Shown here: positions 56,440 through 64,000 of the stretch, one piece after another | How positions within the stretch are numbered: the stretch's first letter is position 1 | Layout: each line of letters begins with the position of its first letter | DNA from: Eledone cirrhosa | Taxonomy: Eukaryota | Reading direction: 5' to 3' | DNA length: 64,000 nt | NCBI GenBank assembly: GCA_964016885.1 | Contig: OZ024742.1 | Span: forward strand, 221,960,001 to 222,024,000 | Made by a program: the position numbers and the translations under genes | Notes under the pieces: model-generated | What the model was told of the DNA's origin: nothing | The model's database searches: none | What the model saw: only the letters and a program-made list of their open reading frames with translations

Positions 56440-56630
56440 TGGTGGATTGGTAGTATAGGTAGAGGGTCGGACGCCATGCTTTAACGCATAGAGTTACGAC
56501 CCTTATCATTCTGAGTTCAAATCCCGCCGAGGTTAACTTTGCCTTTCATCCTTACGGGGTCGATAAAATAAAGTACCAGTAATGCACTGGGTAATTGCTG
56601 GCCTTGTGCCTAAAGTAGAAACAATTATTT
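56440..56630 (+). mobile_element. tRNA-derived SINE
   Basis: Copy of the 26008-26205 family with intact B-box GAGTTCAAATCCC. Confidence 0.8.
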
Positions 56631-56684
56631 TTCTTCCATTCGCTGACATCTTGAAAGAGAGCTCCAGCAGCAGTTATTGTACAA

Positions 56685-56747
56685 TGCAGCAGCAGCAACA
56701 ACAACAACAACAACAACAACAGCATTATCACTACTACCACCATCACC

Positions 56748-56778
<31 letters not shown>

Positions 56779-57740
56779 TCAAGAGCAGCAGCAACACCAC
56801 CGCCAACCCTTCAACAACAAACACAACAGCAGTGACAGTAGCACCACCAGCACCACCAGCAACAATGACCACAGCAACAACAACAGCAGCAGCAGCACAG
56901 CCAGCAGCAGCAGCAGCAGCAGCACCACCACCACCACCACCACCACCACCAGCACCAGCACCGCCACCAGCAGCACCGCCAGCAGCAGCAGCACCTTCAA
57001 CAGCAGCACCACCACTAGCAGCACCCCTACGAGCAACAGCACCGCCACCACCAGCAGCAGCACCACCAACAGCAACACCACTTGCAGCAACACCACCACC
57101 ACCACCACCATCAGCATCGCCACCACCAGCAGCAGCAACACCACCGCCACCACCAGCAGCACCGCCACCACCACCAGCAGCACCGCCACCACCAGCAGCA
57201 GCACCGCCACCACCAGCAGCAGCACCGCCACCGGAAGCAGCAGCACCGTCACCAGCAGCAGCACCACCACCACCAGCAGCAGCAGCACCGCCACCACCAG
57301 CAGCAGCAGCGCCACCACCAGCAGCACCACCACCACCAGCAGCAGCAGCACCACCACCACCAGCAGCAGCACCGCCACCACCAGCAGCAGCAGCACCGCC
57401 ACCACCAGCAGCAGCAGCGCCACCACCAGCAGCACCACCACCACCAGCAGCAGCAGCACCGCCACCAGCAGCAGCACCACCACCAGCAGCAGCAGCAGCA
57501 CCGCCACCACCAGCAGCAGCACCGCCACCACCAGCAGCAGCACCACCACCACCAGCAGCAGCACCGTCACCAGCAGCAGCAGCACCGCCACCACCAGCAG
57601 CAGCACCGCCACCACCAGCAGCACCACGACCACCACTAGCAGCAGCACCACCACCAACAGCAGCACCGCCACCAGAAGCAGCAGCACCGTCACCACCAGC
57701 AGCAGCAGCAGCACCGCCACCATCAGCAGTAGTAGCAGCA
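56685..57740. repeat. Compound CAG/CAC/CAA trinucleotide minisatellite
   Basis: Recurrent (AGC)3-4 ACC GCC (ACC)1-2 units over ~1 kb. Confidence 0.92.
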
Positions 57741-57997
57741 GTTCGTCAGTTGTAATAATACGTCACGTCAAGAGAACCGCCTTAGAATCTGACAGGTTTA
57801 CAACTGAGGTTAGAAAGCTGTCAGACCTGGTCAGAGACATATCGTGTGTGTGTGTGTGTGTGTGTGTGTATGGTTGTGTGTGGTTGTGTGTGGTTGTGTG
57901 TGTGTGGTTGTGTATGGTTCTGTTTGTGCGGTTTTATGTGTGTGTGTGAGTGATTGTGTGAGTGGTTCTGTGTGGTTGTGTGTGTGTGAGTGTTTGG

Positions 57998-58034
<37 letters not shown>

Positions 58035-58134
58035 TGTTTGGTTGTGTGTGTGTGTGTGTGGTTGTGTGAATGTTTGCTTGTGAGATTGTTTGTGAAAGAA
58101 AGACAGACAGAGAGAAACAGAGAAAGAGGGCTAT

Positions 58135-58710
58135 ATATATATAAATATATAAATGAAAGGTATAGAAATTATTGTAGCAAGAAGCCAACAGTATTCCATA
58201 ATATATAAGTGACTATAGCGTCAAAATGGGAAAATAGTTAACGTAAGATGTGGGAAAATAATTAAAACTCAATTCAAAGAGACGTTAACTAAAGTACCAC
58301 TGTTTATAATATGCCAAAGGGGGAATTTAAAAGCAGGCTAGTTCAACATCATGCGTAATTATGAAGAAAAACGCACATGTAGGACAGGGCTGGTGACGTC
58401 AGAATGAGACGAATGTCTGTTTACATGAAACAACAGTGAAAAACATTCCGAAAAAAACTCTACAATATAAGGAGTTCAGCAAAAGCAATATTATCGCGTT
58501 TTTTTTTAAAAAAAAAAGATCAGGATTAGTCACAAATAAATTTTAAGCACTCTAGGAAAGAAATCCGAGTATAAATATAAATGAAAGGTATAAAAATTAT
58601 TGTAGCAAGAAGCCAACAGTATTCCATAATATATAAGTGACTATGGCGTCAAAATAGAAAAATAGTTAACGTAAGATGTGGGAAAAATAATTCAAACTCA
58701 ATTCAAAAAG
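58135..58710 (+). repeat. ~140-bp direct duplication
   Basis: ~58140-58280 recurs at ~58570-58710. Confidence 0.8.
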
Positions 58711-58831
58711 AATCAGGATTAAGATTCATCCACAGAATTTGGTAAAATCCAGGGAAAAATCAATAGAGCCTTAACTCAGAATAAAATAAAGTTTAAAATA
58801 CTCATCCTTCAATTATATATATATATATATA

Positions 58832-59595
<764 letters not shown>

Positions 59596-59922
59596 AGAGA
59601 AAGGAAGAGAGAGAGAGAGTGAAAGAGTGAGTGAAAGTGAAAGAGTGAAAGAGTGAGTGAGAGAGAGAGAGAGAGTGAGAGAGGTTTGGTCTGAACAAGA
59701 AGTCTTTAGAAAACAGAAAAAAAATGTTGATTTGGGGGAAATGTCCCTCTTAAGATAAGATTGCTTTATATAAGATTGCTTTATATATTTATAGGTATTG
59801 AATATACTTGATGGGTTTAACTGTCATATCCAATAACACCAATTATATATCAAATATCTAATACAGGCTTCTCTTTTTATCCGGATATATCTAATATATA
59901 TACATATATACATACATATGTA

Positions 59923-59977
<55 letters not shown>

Positions 59978-59981
<4 letters not shown>

Positions 59982-60797
59982 CGGGATCTTCTGAAACTAA
60001 CAAAGTCAATCTGTTAACGCAGAAGTGGATATTTCAAAAAACGTTGCAACCGCAGGAAGACAGGAAGACGATACTTTGGTTCGTGGAAACGTTCCATGGC
60101 AAAGAACGGGAAAAAACGAATATAATACGTCATTAATAGGAGCGGTGAAAAACAATTACGCGCAAAGACAGAACCACGTATAAAAGAGGTCGTAGACTAA
60201 TGTTCCCTTAGGTGGTTCACGGAGACGTTCTCTGGCAATGAACGGAAAAAACGAAGATAATACGTCATATGTGGAGCGTGGAGAACAATAGCACGCAAAG
60301 ACAAAACTACGTAAATTGTATAGCTGAAGTCGTAGACTAAAATTCTAACTAGGAGATCGAATGAATCTCCGCTTCAGAGTTAAGAATAAAGTAAATAAAA
60401 TACAATACAGAGGTAATAGAAATTAAATAAAATAAATACATACACGCATGCAAATACGTACATACACAAGCATACGCGAAAACACTTGCCACGCTCCACA
60501 TATGACGTATTATCTTCGTTTTTTCCGTTCATTGCCAGAGAACGTCTCCATGAACCACCTAAGAGAACATTAGTCTACGACTTCTTTTATACCATAAACG
60601 TGGCTCTGTCTTTGCGCGTAATTGTTTTTCACCGCTCCTATTAATGACGTATTATATTCGTTTTTCCCGTTCTTTGCCATGGAACGTTTCCACGAACCAA
60701 AGTATCGTCTTCCTGTCTTCCTGCGGTTGCAACGTTTTTTGAAATATCCACTTCTGCGTTTACAGATTGACTTTGTTAGTTTCAGAAGATCCCGTTA
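59978..60797. repeat. Fold-back element with ~300-bp arms
   Basis: ~59978-60282 is inverted at ~60490-60797; starts at (TA)n. Confidence 0.8.
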
Positions 60798-60935
60798 AGG
60801 GTGAAAGCAGCAATTCTGTGCTTAAACTTTAATCTGTTATTTTAATAAATATTTGCTCTACGGTTCTTATATATCTGATATATATTTATCCTTATCGAGC
60901 CCTTTTTGGATTTTAGTCTTCAAATATATTATTAT

Positions 60936-62537
<1,602 letters not shown>

Positions 62538-62584
62538 ACAATATCTGTTTCGACACACGATTTCATATAAAAAACCTCGCTAAA

Positions 62585-62661
<77 letters not shown>

Positions 62662-62895
62662 ATATGTATATATATATATGGAAATAGCCGTCGAAACGGC
62701 TTGAGCTCTGCCGTCGGGGCCCTACTCTCCCCTATTACCACTCTACTACCCTAAGTATTGAGTACTCTGGTGCGTTATGGTCCATATGGTTCCTTACCAC
62801 AACTCCTCCGTTATATATATATATATATATACACACACACATATATATATATGCATCCATATACTGTAACGATTGTGTTGTTATTTCTGTTTATC

Positions 62896-62977
<82 letters not shown>

Positions 62978-63019
62978 GAAAGCAGCGATTCTTTGCTTAA
63001 ACTTTAATCTGTTATTTTA

Positions 63020-63060
<41 letters not shown>

Positions 63061-63261
63061 AGAAAGTATGACCCCGACGGCAGAGCTCAAGCCGTTACGA
63101 CGGCTATTTCTGGACTAAAGTACTTTAGTCCTAAATAGCCGTCGAAACGGCTTGAGCTCTGCCGTCGGGGTCATACTTTCTCCTATACCCACTCTACTAC
63201 CCTCAGTATTAAGTACTCTGCTGCGTTGTGGTCCATCTGGTTCCTTACTACAACTCCTCCG

Positions 63262-63336
<75 letters not shown>

Positions 63337-64000
63337 AATATACATGTGTATGTATATACACATATCATCGAGGACTAGATAAACATATATACATATATAC
63401 ATGTATACATATATACATATATATGTACATACACACACACTTATATATATGCACGCACGCACACACACACATATATATAGTTGTTTATTACCGTGTTGTT
63501 TATCCGTAAGAGATGTTTTGTCATGCCTCGTTGATAAACAGGTGTAAGCAGGTAAAAACACTTCATGTCAGTTGTATCTATCCTGTATAAAAGTGGCGAT
63601 CAAACGTAACGGAGTTACCATGTATGAAATAAACGTTAAGACATTACGTATTTCTGTGTCACCAGCATGAAACTGTTATACCATCGTTGCAACAGCAACT
63701 GGCACTGATGTGAGTATCAGATGTTAATACAATTATGTGAGTGGGTTGATAGGTCGGGGGTTAAAGCTACCATGTTTGCAAAAGTCTGGAGAACATATGT
63801 ATACACATACACACATTCATACACACACACATTCACACACGATTCTGATTTGCCAGCGGTGGTCCGAACGTAGCCCTATGTGCAGAAATTAGGTAGTGTT
63901 AGTATACATTACATAATTAGGCTGGAAAGTATATACATATATAATTTTAATTTCAAGGAATTTAATTTTTTGAGTTACTAACTTTGCACAAGTTCCCCAC

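Noticed and set aside
56582-57949. 455-aa mucin-like gene
   Set aside because: The ORF begins in a SINE, consists of trinucleotide repeat and ends in a TG repeat; no supporting gene structure.
60340-60385. Hammerhead on the minus strand (CTGAAGC-GGAGAT/ATCTCC)
   Set aside because: Core A9 is altered and there is no GAAA box.

Overview
AT-rich, microsatellite-dense eukaryotic DNA, most likely cephalopod (Octopus-like; inferred from the SINE families and the TA/CA/TATG/GATA tracts). Nearly all ORFs in the supplied track are microsatellite artefacts. Supported content: (1) one spliced minus-strand host gene encoding a four-EF-hand protein (exons 44102-44232, 39507-39674, 34726-34835; possible alternative last exon 36496-36617; first exon uncertain); (2) an ~11 kb array of a 66-bp satellite that appears to derive from a SINE interior; (3) seven Tx1/L1-type LINE pieces, all next to (TATC)n in the same orientation; (4) a decayed hAT transposon, an internally deleted Helitron, a CRE-like fragment, short RTE-like elements in (TATG)n, tRNA-SINEs and MITEs; (5) many Penelope-like (PLE) pieces and fold-back elements in (TA)n. 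The most striking signal is more than a dozen minimal type-I hammerhead-ribozyme motifs from several unrelated repeat families, with palindromic stem III and the compensatory U3-A8 core variant. All calls were read by eye; no searches were run.
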